A DNA stretch of 64,000 nt, from IMG/VR virus record IMGVR_UViG_3300033075_001617, positions 13,560-77,559 of that record; one strand, given 5' to 3'. Source of the stretch: a virus. Its lineage: Duplodnaviria; Heunggongvirae; Uroviricota; Caudoviricetes. Below are positions 8,476-17,109 of the stretch, piece after piece. Both the position numbers and the translations under genes were made by a program. The notes under the pieces are model-generated. The model saw nothing but the letters and a program-made list of their open reading frames with translations, ran no database searches and was not told where the DNA came from. The number at the start of each line of letters is the position of its first letter. The stretch's first letter is position 1.

Positions 8476-9588
8476 CTACTCGTAGTCGCGTACGGCGATG
8501 AGTACAGGGAACATCGGCACGCCAGCATCGGTGAGTTGGAAGTACTGGATGGTGGCCTTCTTGCCGATGAACTTCTGAGGCACCGTCTTGAGTTCGCATC
8601 CCTCCACACCCATAGGCTTGGCGTCGAACGTCTTTCCGTTGCCGAGGTCCATCACATAAACGAGGTCCACGAGACCGCGCTTGCCTTCCTTGTGCCCCAC
8701 GATCACGTACTCCGCATCTTGGAAGACTTTGATCTTCACCATGCGCTTGTCGCGTCCTCCCACGAGGTATTCCGACTCAGCGTTGCGGGCGATGGCACCC
8801 TCGTATCCCTCTTGCACGAACTGGTCGTGCAACCGCTTGATCTCCTCGTATGTATCCACCACATGATGCGCCACCATGTGGACACGATTGTTCTCGCGCT
8901 TGGACCTGCGGATGTACTCCACAAGCCCCTTGATGCGAAACTCCACATTGCCTTCACCCACAACATCATACACGTGATATTGGAGCATTCGATGCTCATC
9001 GGTGGGCTTCTGATCCCGCGTGAGCCCTGAGATGTTCTGCAACGACTTCTCGTGAACGTAAAGCTCGCCGTCCAAGAACTCGCCATCGGCCATGATCGCG
9101 AGGGTATCCGCGAGGTCCTCGATGATGAACCGGGCGCTCACGCTGTAGTCCTTGCCCATGCGTGAGATCGCCAGCACTTCGCCGTCCATCTTTCCGATCA
9201 GGCAGCGCACGCCATCGAGCTTGCGCGATACGTACCACTTGTTCTTGGTCCAGAAGGAGGCGTCCTGCTTCTTGGGGTCCAAGGCCAACATCGGCTTGGG
9301 AACACCGGAGGCGTCCGTGCCTTTGCTGTTGCTTGCCTCTTCCTCTGTCTCCTTGTAGCCCTTGTCCTTGTTCTTGTTGACGAGGGAATCGAACTGGAGC
9401 TTCACCTGCTGCTCAAGGGTTCGCTTGGCCTTGCCCTCCTCGATGATGTCGGGGGCGTGGACGACCTTTTGGCCATCCCTCTGCCCGGTTTCCTTCCAAA
9501 GCTCCCAATGGGTCCCCTTGTTCTCGGCCCGGATGATGGAGACAAGCATCTTGTCCTCCTTGCTCAGTTTGTAGAGGGTCTTTTCCAT
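8476..9588 (-). CDS. ATP-dependent DNA ligase (nucleotidyltransferase superfamily)
   Basis: Motif I KLDGVR, III FLDGELY, IV EGYEGAIAR, V MVKIK, plus a C-terminal OB-like region. 370 aa, similar in size to T7-type ligases. Confidence 0.8.
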   Translation of the reverse strand: MEKTLYKLSKEDKMLVSIIRAENKGTHWELWKETGQRDGQKVVHAPDIIEEGKAKRTLEQQVKLQFDSLVNKNKDKGYKETEEEASNSKGTDASGVPKPMLALDPKKQDASFWTKNKWYVSRKLDGVRCLIGKMDGEVLAISRMGKDYSVSARFIIEDLADTLAIMADGEFLDGELYVHEKSLQNISGLTRDQKPTDEHRMLQYHVYDVVGEGNVEFRIKGLVEYIRRSKRENNRVHMVAHHVVDTYEEIKRLHDQFVQEGYEGAIARNAESEYLVGGRDKRMVKIKVFQDAEYVIVGHKEGKRGLVDLVYVMDLGNGKTFDAKPMGVEGCELKTVPQKFIGKKATIQYFQLTDAGVPMFPVLIAVRDYE

Positions 9589-9589
9589 G

Positions 9590-10069
9590 CTATTGTGGCG
9601 CGTGTTTCTTTTCGTACAGTTTCATGATGCCATCCAGAACCCTGCATGTGAACTCCCTTGGGTTCTCGTCGAACGCATCCAATGCCGTCAATTCATCCTT
9701 CAAGACTATGTGGCCGATGCGTGCCATTTTGAAGAAGGATACGCCACCCAGTCGTTCCGTCTTTTTGAGCGCTTTGAACTTCTGGTCCCACTCCGTGATC
9801 GTCATGGGTTGGGTTCCATCACAAGTATAGGCACTGAGCAGCACCACGGTACGCTCATCGATGTCGGAGAGCGTATTGCCCGCCCCCATCACGTATGGGC
9901 CCCACGGCCTGAAATCCATGGCGTTCCCATTCTCTCGCACCTCCAATATGGTCGTCAGGATCTCGCCGCTTCGATCCTTAATGGCGAACCCCACATACTC
10001 GTGCTCTTTCAGCACACCCATCAGCTTGAACATACGCGTTGTACGGCAAAGGAAAGGGTTTTGTTTCAC
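9590..10069 (-). CDS. hypothetical protein, paralogue family A member 1
   Basis: The N-terminal domain (EYVGFAIKD...GPYVMGAG...DGTQPMTITEWD) aligns with those of the ORFs at 10320-11060 and 11091-11576. Confidence 0.5.
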   Translation of the reverse strand: MKQNPFLCRTTRMFKLMGVLKEHEYVGFAIKDRSGEILTTILEVRENGNAMDFRPWGPYVMGAGNTLSDIDERTVVLLSAYTCDGTQPMTITEWDQKFKALKKTERLGGVSFFKMARIGHIVLKDELTALDAFDENPREFTCRVLDGIMKLYEKKHAPQ

Positions 10070-10320
10070 TTGCGCAGGAGGGCGCGGAGAATTATCAAGC
10101 CATGGGCCAGCACCAATAGGGGCGTCATGATGCCAACGGTCTGCATCAGTATCAACAAGGCCTTCCCCACAGACTCATGCTCGAAGAAGTAGTCCGATAG
10201 CGCCACTTTCCCCAGTATGACGTATGTGGCCAAGACCATCAGGGCAACGAACACCGTGGCGCAGCCGATGGCCAAACGACGCGTCAGGGCCAGCCACATC
10301 TTTTCACGCTCGGTGAACAT
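10066..10320 (-). CDS. small membrane protein
   Basis: 84 aa with two hydrophobic helices. 4-nt overlaps with both neighbours. Confidence 0.45.
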   Translation of the reverse strand: MFTEREKMWLALTRRLAIGCATVFVALMVLATYVILGKVALSDYFFEHESVGKALLILMQTVGIMTPLLVLAHGLIILRALLRK

Positions 10321-11060
10321 CAGAATGCTTGACCCTTATTGGCCCGAATGTTCACAAAGTCCTTCATGATCATCTCGCTGTACCTCTTATCTGTCGCCCG
10401 CGCAATGCGCTTTGCGCGCCTTTCTTTCGGCACGCCCTTTTTCTCCAGCTTCTCGTTCTCTTGCAGGATGAAGTCGATCAACTTCTCATCGGCCACACTA
10501 TAGGCCTCATTGAGCATGGTGATGATAAGGTCCTTGTAAGAGAGAAAGGCGTCTTCATTGGAGAAGAACGATTCCATGGTCGAGAGCCGCTTCTTGAACA
10601 TCCGCTGCTCCTTTTTTGCGTGCTTGACGAGGTTCGCTTTCGCCTTGTCCACCGTCATGAGGCACTCGGTGCATTGCTCCAGCATGATCACATAGAACTC
10701 CTCGCCCTCCTCCTCTCTCACCTTGTGGAGTGGAACTTTCTTCTTGGTGACCTTGCTCATGAGCGCCGCTTTCCCTATGGGCTGGGCGTTCGTGAAGATG
10801 TTGTACTCCCCATTGCTCCATGACTCTCCGGCCCTGAGCCGCTCGTCGAACTCAATAAGTCCGATGGGCATGGTGCCGTCCTTGAAATTGATGGTGATCA
10901 CGGCCGCCTCGTCCTCCGAGGTGAAGTCCCCCAAGCTGCCGCTCATAGTGTATGGGCCATAGCACTTGGTGCCTTCATGATCCACATCGAACACGAATGT
11001 CACCACGTCACCTGCCTCCTCGCGCATAGCGAAACCCAGATATTCCATTTCCTTCAACAT
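10320..11060 (-). CDS. hypothetical protein, paralogue family A member 2
   Basis: EYLGFAMRE...GPYTMSGS...DGTMPIGLIEFD N-domain shared with 9590-10069. Lys/Glu-rich C-terminal extension. Confidence 0.55.
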   Translation of the reverse strand: MLKEMEYLGFAMREEAGDVVTFVFDVDHEGTKCYGPYTMSGSLGDFTSEDEAAVITINFKDGTMPIGLIEFDERLRAGESWSNGEYNIFTNAQPIGKAALMSKVTKKKVPLHKVREEEGEEFYVIMLEQCTECLMTVDKAKANLVKHAKKEQRMFKKRLSTMESFFSNEDAFLSYKDLIITMLNEAYSVADEKLIDFILQENEKLEKKGVPKERRAKRIARATDKRYSEMIMKDFVNIRANKGQAF

Positions 11061-11090
11061 GCAGCGAAGATAATATATCAGAACATAACT

Positions 11091-11576
11091 TCAGTATACA
11101 AGTTGAACGACGTCGCCTATGAAATCCCTGTCGTACCCCACCTTCTTCCACTGGGGAATGATCTTTCTCTGGTCGAACATCCCTTGCTGCTTGGCCTGAA
11201 GCACCTTCTGGCCACAGGCGTACTTGAACTGGTCCATGTCCTCTTGGTACATGTCGAACACGTTCTCCATGCATTCTTGAACTGCCACGTTCACGGCCCG
11301 GACGTACAGATTGAGATCGTCATCGGCCTCTTCCTCCATCTTCTCCATGTATTCCTCAAGAGAGATGACCATGGTCCCATCAAAGAGCATGAACTCCGCG
11401 ACCACTATCTGGGACTCCGTCATGTCCACATCCCAACCGCGTATGACCCCGATGGGTGTGGAGTATGACCTGTCGCCCATGTTGAATGGGATGCAGAACA
11501 TGATGCTGTCCTCCTCGTTCGACCTGAACATGATGCCTTGATATCTCATGACACAATATAGCCTCTCCCGTATCAA
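11091..11576 (-). CDS. hypothetical protein, paralogue family A member 3 (divergent)
   Basis: Same residue pattern (G.MF...IPF...DGTMVISLEEY) as the other two members. Confidence 0.45.
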   Translation of the reverse strand: MIRERLYCVMRYQGIMFRSNEEDSIMFCIPFNMGDRSYSTPIGVIRGWDVDMTESQIVVAEFMLFDGTMVISLEEYMEKMEEEADDDLNLYVRAVNVAVQECMENVFDMYQEDMDQFKYACGQKVLQAKQQGMFDQRKIIPQWKKVGYDRDFIGDVVQLVY

Positions 11577-11594
11577 AAACCTTGGACGCTATTT

Positions 11595-12104
11595 ATGGGC
11601 ATGAGCCTCATACACAACTACGGTTTTCTTGCTGACAAGGATTCCAACCTCAGCCTTCCGGGCGTCTTCAAGAGCCAAGCATACGTGACCCACCCAACCT
11701 ATGGCGACTGTGTGGTGGACCGCGACGAGGTCAAAGCCATAGACCCCAAAAAAGGTGTGGTCATCTACGTCCACAACGGAACGACGCACGCCAGCGGGTT
11801 CACCTACGCGACCGTCATTGATGTGTACAAGGGCAAGAAGGCCGTCGTTCCATCCGGGGAACTCACAAAGATGACATTGCGCAGGTTCTTCTTGTGGCGC
11901 AACCCCTACAGCGGATGGAGCATCGGTCGACATGGCATTATCGCAGGAGGGCTCCGGTATCTCGCGTTCCTGTTGTTCATCGCCTATTGTGTCACACAAC
12001 TGAAGTACGGATGGGGATGGGGCTTGGGCATCGTGGCGGCCATTGCCATCATCGGGCTCATGATCCGTGGGTTGATACGCAACTTCGAGGGTAAGCAGAT
12101 GTGA
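11595..12104 (+). CDS. hypothetical membrane-anchored protein
   Basis: 169-aa plus-strand ORF with a C-terminal hydrophobic region (two TM segments). Confidence 0.5.
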   Translation: MGMSLIHNYGFLADKDSNLSLPGVFKSQAYVTHPTYGDCVVDRDEVKAIDPKKGVVIYVHNGTTHASGFTYATVIDVYKGKKAVVPSGELTKMTLRRFFLWRNPYSGWSIGRHGIIAGGLRYLAFLLFIAYCVTQLKYGWGWGLGIVAAIAIIGLMIRGLIRNFEGKQM

Positions 12105-12159
12105 TTTCTGTTTTTTCCAAGGACAACCCATATTGTGTCTCACTCAAACATAAGAGACA

Positions 12160-12366
12160 ATGAGATCAAGGATTTTCCAGTATGCCGTTCTGTTGCACCC
12201 CACTGAAGAACAGGTGGACAAAGGCATCAAGAGCAAGATGATCGTGGAACCCACCATCATTCTGGCCAACGACCAGAACAGCGCCAACATGGCCGCAGTG
12301 ATGGCCATTCCAGCCGAGTACAAGGACCAACTTGACCAGATCGAGGTCGCTTTGCGCCCTTTTTGA
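12160..12366 (+). CDS. hypothetical small protein
   Basis: 68-aa ORF followed by an overlapping downstream gene. Confidence 0.35.
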   Translation: MRSRIFQYAVLLHPTEEQVDKGIKSKMIVEPTIILANDQNSANMAAVMAIPAEYKDQLDQIEVALRPF

Positions 12367-12827
12367 GAGGGGGTCCTCTTGAGTACAAGTACGACCCGCA
12401 GAACGTAAAGGAAGATTACTTCCTGCCCACTAGGATGGATTCACTCGGTGGATGCGCCACAACGGTAGGAACGAACGTTCAGACCTATGACGCACGAGTA
12501 GGGACATTCCAAGGCGTCACCTCCTCTTGTGTCGCAGGAACGACCATTTCGGCCACGACGTTCTACTCTGGATCGACTGGACTCAGTGAGATATTCACGG
12601 CAAGCAAGTCGTGGGTCACCCCCGGAGTGTACTCCATGCAGGCTGACCATAGCCATTTCGATGATGGAATCGGCAGCACTGTGATGCTTCGCGAGACGAC
12701 CCCCACATCCTACGCACAATACACATCTGCTGGCTCAGTCCTCGCAAGTGCCGTCAACACCGTGAGCGATACGCCACGCGCGCAGGCATCCTACCAATCG
12801 GCCGCGTCCATCATGGGACGCCGCTGA
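12363..12827 (+). CDS. hypothetical protein (Ser/Thr/Gly-rich)
   Basis: 154-aa ORF with low-complexity S/T/G/A content. Confidence 0.4.
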   Translation: MRGGPLEYKYDPQNVKEDYFLPTRMDSLGGCATTVGTNVQTYDARVGTFQGVTSSCVAGTTISATTFYSGSTGLSEIFTASKSWVTPGVYSMQADHSHFDDGIGSTVMLRETTPTSYAQYTSAGSVLASAVNTVSDTPRAQASYQSAASIMGRR

Positions 12828-12852
12828 GGTCATTCCATCGGCAGGACCTCGA

Positions 12853-13113
12853 TCACCTTTCCATAGATGGTCTTGGTCCAGCCGTTGACGTGTCCTTCCC
12901 TGTTGCCGCCTTGAGAGCATTGCACCCCTCATTGAAAGCGGTAAACTCAATGGAGCCATCATTGTCGCGCTGAAGTATATCCTTGAGGGCCTTCAGCACG
13001 CGGCCATAGCTTCTGGCGCCACGCAGTGGGTTCTTGGGATTCACGCGACACGCTACCTTCCACAAGGTCCATAGCTCATCCTCTGTTGGTCTGCGTTCGT
13101 TGTATACGCTCAT
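12853..13113 (-). CDS. hypothetical small protein
   Basis: Trimmed to internal Met (MSVYNERRPTEDELW...) so it abuts rather than overlaps the next gene. Confidence 0.35.
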   Translation of the reverse strand: MSVYNERRPTEDELWTLWKVACRVNPKNPLRGARSYGRVLKALKDILQRDNDGSIEFTAFNEGCNALKAATGKDTSTAGPRPSMER

Positions 13114-13682
13114 TTTCTTGTCTTCTTTGACAAAGGTAGGCTTTGTTTCATGACATAGAAAGGAGCAACGACCCCGGAGTTGAAATGCTCTGCGGCTTCC
13201 AAGGCCTTGGTGATGCGTGTGACGGGCTCGATGTCCTCCGTCATGTACAAAGAGCCCAAGGCGAACCTCCCACCACTGCCGATGGCCGCGTAGTCTCGCT
13301 CCCACTCACTGACCTGAAAGTCGTCCTGCACCTCGTAGAGCTTGCCATTGAACCCCACAAGGAAGGTACCTCCCTCATTGTCCTCATGTTCGGGCGTGAA
13401 TCCATATCCATTGTTGGAGAAGCACCGTCTCACCTCATCAATGAACCGCGTCGTCATGAAACGCATGTCATCCATGAGTTTCGGTTTGGTGGGTATCTTC
13501 AGAGAGTACTGAAGAAGCTGCCCCATCCTGAAAGACCCGCACCATCCGATAAGCATTGGCCCATTGACAAAGACTTTCGGTTGTTTGATCCTATTACGAT
13601 CAAAGCTTTCTGTTTCACACGATGCGCTATCGCCTCCGATGTAGACGGCCTGCTTATGAACTATGCCGACGATGCAGGTCAT
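13110..13682 (-). CDS. proteasome-beta/HslV-like Ntn-hydrolase peptidase
   Basis: N-terminus MTCIVGIVHKQAVYIGGDSAS matches the proteasome-beta/HslV motif T-x-I-V-G-x...-I-G-G-D-S, with Thr at position 2 as the predicted nucleophile. 190 aa. Confidence 0.7.
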   Translation of the reverse strand: MTCIVGIVHKQAVYIGGDSASCETESFDRNRIKQPKVFVNGPMLIGWCGSFRMGQLLQYSLKIPTKPKLMDDMRFMTTRFIDEVRRCFSNNGYGFTPEHEDNEGGTFLVGFNGKLYEVQDDFQVSEWERDYAAIGSGGRFALGSLYMTEDIEPVTRITKALEAAEHFNSGVVAPFYVMKQSLPLSKKTRK

Positions 13683-14626
13683 TTCACCATCACAGCGGTG
13701 GAAGAACCATCGGTCACCAGTGTCGTGGGGTTCTTTCCGTCCCAGTTGGTGACCTTCAGGTATTCGACGTAAAGCGGGGTGATCTCCTCTTTCTTGATGC
13801 GCATGGCCTCCGCCACCGCCTTGGCCTCGATCACCTTCTGGGCGCTATCGCCCTGCGCCGCCATGATCTTGTTGAGGTTGGCCATCCTGATCACTTGGTT
13901 CTGCGCCTGCTCGGCGAGGGCGTCCTGAATGGCCTTGGTCTTGTTCTCGATGGAGCTTTTCAGCGATGGCGGCGGCTCGATGCCGGTCCTGATCTGAGAG
14001 AGGGTGAACCACTCGCTCACGCGCTTGTTTATCTCCGACATCACCCGCACCTCGTACTCGGTGCGATAGTTGAAGATGCTATCGACGGACCATTGGTTGG
14101 TGACGTCGTTCACAGCGCCCACAGTGGAGTTCTTCATCCATCGCTCCTGTATCTGATCGAGGGTCATGCGCTGGCTGACGTACATGTCTCCGGCATTCGC
14201 CGCTATTACCTCGTAGTTGAAGCTAGGGGTCACCGTTACAGGGAACCCACCTTTGGCGATGGCTACCTGTCCGGGATACTCCGCGTGCTGTTGACTCGTG
14301 GGCACCTCAACTATCTGCTCGGTGAGTTCATTGTATGGCACCCATCCGGTGGCGAACTTGTATTGGTCCACACCACGGTCCTTGCCCACGAGGTTCACGC
14401 GCAGCCCCACACATCCGGCGTCGATGCGCTCCATCTTGTACGGCTGTAATATCGACACGATGATGGAGACGACAAGCAGGGTGCCAGTGACAATGAGGTA
14501 TCTCAGCTTCACCGGCATACCAGCACCCCTCGCCTGTTCCGGGGTCAACTGATTGGACTTATAGGCCAACTTGGCGTAGGTGCCTGTTATGATGAGGCAC
14601 ACAAGGAAAACAACTACACTGATCAT
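13679..14626 (-). CDS. SPFH/band-7 (stomatin/prohibitin-like) membrane protein
   Basis: N-terminal TM helix followed by a band-7-like domain with an Ala/Glu/Gln-rich coiled-coil tail. Ends 4 nt inside the start of the downstream peptidase gene. Confidence 0.6.
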   Translation of the reverse strand: MISVVVFLVCLIITGTYAKLAYKSNQLTPEQARGAGMPVKLRYLIVTGTLLVVSIIVSILQPYKMERIDAGCVGLRVNLVGKDRGVDQYKFATGWVPYNELTEQIVEVPTSQQHAEYPGQVAIAKGGFPVTVTPSFNYEVIAANAGDMYVSQRMTLDQIQERWMKNSTVGAVNDVTNQWSVDSIFNYRTEYEVRVMSEINKRVSEWFTLSQIRTGIEPPPSLKSSIENKTKAIQDALAEQAQNQVIRMANLNKIMAAQGDSAQKVIEAKAVAEAMRIKKEEITPLYVEYLKVTNWDGKNPTTLVTDGSSTAVMVK

Positions 14627-14838
14627 GGTTTGGGGGTTTTGAAGAAGGTGCCCACCAATATGGTGAGCACGGCTACAGTGACAACGAGGGAAAGCGCGCA
14701 GCCCACCACTATCAGTACCGTATAGGTGCTGGAGTTGATGAGCATCTTGAGGGACAGACCACAGCTACAGATGGCGAGGATGATGAGGATCAATCTAGCA
14801 GCGGTCCACGTTGTTTGCTTGATCATGCTTTCTCTCAT
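14623..14838 (-). CDS. small membrane protein
   Basis: Trimmed to an internal Met so it does not overlap the tRNA at 14911-14983. 72 aa, two TM helices. Confidence 0.4.
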   Translation of the reverse strand: MRESMIKQTTWTAARLILIILAICSCGLSLKMLINSSTYTVLIVVGCALSLVVTVAVLTILVGTFFKTPKP

Positions 14839-14880
14839 AGGAGAAGCAAAGATAGTAATGTATTCTGATATGAAACGAAG

Positions 14881-14910
14881 AAGGCCGGGAAATTTCCCGG
14901 CCTTCTGTTG
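14881..14910. terminator. bidirectional rho-independent terminator
   Basis: Perfect GC-rich hairpin GGCCGGGAAATTTCCCGGCC flanked by T/A-runs on both strands, between the tRNA and the downstream gene. Confidence 0.6.
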
Positions 14911-14983
14911 TGACCCGTGAGAGATTCGAACTCTCAGCCTTACGCTTAGGACGCGTGCGCTCATCCACTTGAGCTTCCGGGCC
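14911..14983 (-). tRNA. tRNA-Arg (anticodon CCT)
   Basis: Manual cloverleaf: acceptor GGCCCGG/ACGGGTC, D-arm GCTC-AAGTGGAT-GAGC, anticodon arm CACGC-GTCCTAA-GCGTA, T-arm GAGAG-TTCGAAT-CTCTC, discriminator A. 73 nt. Confidence 0.75.
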
Positions 14984-15011
14984 GATGGCGCTAAGATAGG
15001 AAAAGAAGTAT

Positions 15012-15311
15012 TCAGTCCTTCTCGATCTTCTTCAGCTTGTCGTAGTACTCCGGGTCCTCCCAGATGTGGTCCGTGGCGATCTCTCGGGCCACAGCTTCAT
15101 CGTTGGTGTGTTCCATCTCCACGTCAGTGCCCTTCCTCAACTGGCGCTTGATCAGCCAGATGCTCACACCGTGATGGTCCACTAGGTCCTGTTGGCTCTT
15201 GCCCGATGCGAGCCCTCCGGGAATGCGCTCTTGGGTTCCCTCATGGATCCACGCCCGGATGATGCTTCGAAGTTCGTCACTCATGGCAATAAATAGCCAT
15301 AAGAGGTCCAT
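15012..15311 (-). CDS. hypothetical protein
   Basis: 99-aa ORF. Confidence 0.45.
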   Translation of the reverse strand: MDLLWLFIAMSDELRSIIRAWIHEGTQERIPGGLASGKSQQDLVDHHGVSIWLIKRQLRKGTDVEMEHTNDEAVAREIATDHIWEDPEYYDKLKKIEKD

Positions 15312-15322
15312 TCAGGGTTTGT

Positions 15323-15682
15323 TCAACGCGTCAGATACAAAGCCTTGGCCAACTCTGCCGCCTTGGCCCGCTGACCCTCCTCGAAGCTCTTCTGCTTCTC
15401 CCTCAAGATCCTCTTGCGGGCCTCTGCCGGAGAAAGGCGCGTGAGCACGATCTTGTCCAGCCACTCATTGATCCGGGCCAGTGGGGCCTTCTCGTCTATC
15501 ATCTGTTGGAGCCGCTTGCCCTCGACCGTGTCCTTGAAGATCTTCATGCCCACGTCAAGGAAACAACGGGATATCCAGAATGAGACGCCATCCTGAGAAA
15601 TGTCGTTGTTTCCCTCGATCTCGAACACGAGTATCGCAGAGCACCCCTTGGGGCCGTTGCCGATGATGATGTCGTCCCACAT
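15323..15682 (-). CDS. hypothetical protein
   Basis: 119-aa ORF. Confidence 0.45.
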   Translation of the reverse strand: MWDDIIIGNGPKGCSAILVFEIEGNNDISQDGVSFWISRCFLDVGMKIFKDTVEGKRLQQMIDEKAPLARINEWLDKIVLTRLSPAEARKRILREKQKSFEEGQRAKAAELAKALYLTR

Positions 15683-15732
15683 ACGGTGTTATACGAAGAT
15701 GGACAGCGTAATGTTTCAACGTAAGAAAGGGG

Positions 15733-15768
15733 CCCCGGCGCCGGGCCCCTTTCCCCTTGAGTCAATGA
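15733..15768 (-). terminator. rho-independent terminator (GC hairpin + T-run)
   Basis: aaaGGGGCCCCGGCGCCGGGCCCCtttcc. Strong hairpin with A-run and T-run flanks, in an intergenic gap. Confidence 0.5.
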
Positions 15769-15881
15769 GCAGATGATCCCACAATCCGTGCCCGAGTCAT
15801 GAGCCTCGAACAACCCTCTGGTGCGCTTCTACGAGAGGCGTAAGGTCTACTTGTGCAAATGTAAGAGATAATGTTCAATGT

Positions 15882-16064
15882 TCAAACAGACCCGCCAGAC
15901 GCAGCGGAAAATCCGGCCATCGTCGTTCCGTCTATGCCGCCATGACCTTCGTTCTTCTTTGAGGGCCTCGGCGGGCGCTCGATCCACCACATGTAGAGCG
16001 GGCCCAAGACAATGGGAGCGATGGCGCAGATCAGTATGAATATGCCGAGCGCTTGTGTGTGCAT
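15882..16064 (-). CDS. hypothetical small membrane protein
   Basis: Internal Met chosen to avoid overlap. One TM helix. Confidence 0.3.
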   Translation of the reverse strand: MHTQALGIFILICAIAPIVLGPLYMWWIERPPRPSKKNEGHGGIDGTTMAGFSAASGGSV

Positions 16065-16072
16065 GGATGTGA

Positions 16073-16438
16073 TTATGCTTCTATCGCGACAGACTTCTTC
16101 CTCCACGAGATCATCACGTCCACCTCGTATCCACCCTTGTCATCCGGCTGGAATCCCACATGAGGATGGGTCACCTCATATCCTTCCTCTTTCAGAATGA
16201 CGCTCATTCTTGGCGACAACAAGAGCCTTGCATCGGACCTGTCCAAGACGGGGCCGTCACCATAGGATAGTATGCTCCCCTTCAAGATGATGTTGCTCCT
16301 TCCGATGGAGGCCGCCTCGCGGATCTTCGCATTGATCGAGGCAGTGGCACTCTCCTCAAGCGCATCCCACTTCTCTAGGCCTTTGGCGGTCAACTCTGCG
16401 GCCTCCTCTTTCGATATGAACTTGGTATTTGACATCAC
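16073..16438 (-). CDS. hypothetical protein
   Basis: 121-aa ORF. Confidence 0.45.
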   Translation of the reverse strand: MMSNTKFISKEEAAELTAKGLEKWDALEESATASINAKIREAASIGRSNIILKGSILSYGDGPVLDRSDARLLLSPRMSVILKEEGYEVTHPHVGFQPDDKGGYEVDVMISWRKKSVAIEA

Positions 16439-16476
16439 TATAGTGTTTGTATCAATATAGCCTATGTCGGCAGCTA

Positions 16477-16565
16477 CTCCAAATTGTGATCCCGACAGGA
16501 TTCGAACCTGTAATGTTGTCTCATCAACAACGCACGCTTAGGAGGCGTGTGCAATATCCGCTCTG
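16477..16565 (-). tRNA. type-II (long variable arm) tRNA-like gene with anticodon CCT
   Basis: Acceptor GGTCCCG/CGGGATC, anticodon arm CACGC-CTCCTAA-GCGTG, 23-nt variable arm hairpin TGTTG-ATGAGA-CAACA, T-arm ACAGG-TTCGAAT-CCTGT, discriminator A. 89 nt. Confidence 0.55.
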
Positions 16566-16594
16566 CCACGGGACCGTTTGTTGGATCGTTATGT

Positions 16595-16939
16595 TCACTC
16601 CTCACCCCACATGACCTTGCAATCGAAGTCGTATTTGGCCGGGCCGATGCTTGAAAATATGCTTGGCCAAACCACCACTCTGTACCCCTTGCTCTCAAGC
16701 AGGTTCTTCAGCTTCTTGGTCATCACAGGCGCTTTCGTAAAGCGGGAAAAACATGGAAGCCCCTCTGCGTCTGGACAACGTCCATGCATGGTTATCACCC
16801 GCTCCCCCACCATGACGGCTTTCTCCAATTCCCTCTTGAAGTTCTGCAAAGCCTTTTCTTCCATCTCTTCCGTGCTCCAGAGAGAAACACAGTTGTCGCA
16901 GGCGTCGCTGGCCTCTTTGGCTGTCATTATATCTTCCAT
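16595..16939 (-). CDS. hypothetical protein
   Basis: 114-aa ORF. Confidence 0.45.
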   Translation of the reverse strand: MEDIMTAKEASDACDNCVSLWSTEEMEEKALQNFKRELEKAVMVGERVITMHGRCPDAEGLPCFSRFTKAPVMTKKLKNLLESKGYRVVVWPSIFSSIGPAKYDFDCKVMWGEE

Positions 16940-17021
16940 CCTGCAAAGATAAGGTTACTTAGCCGTTGCTATGCAACGTTTCCGATCATCGCCGACGTGG
17001 AGGCGAACCTTGTTGATGATC

Positions 17022-17094
17022 CACACGTGGAGGGATTTGAACCCCCAACCTTCGCTTTTGGAGAGCGCCACTCTACCAGTTGAGCTACACGTGT
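17022..17094 (-). tRNA. tRNA-Trp (anticodon CCA)
   Basis: Acceptor ACACGTG/CACGTGT perfect, D-arm GCTC-AACTGGTA-GAGT, anticodon arm GCGCT-CTCCAAA-AGCGA, T-arm GGGGG-TTCAAAT-CCCTC. 73 nt. Confidence 0.7.
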
Positions 17095-17109
17095 ATTCTA
17101 CTTCTATCG

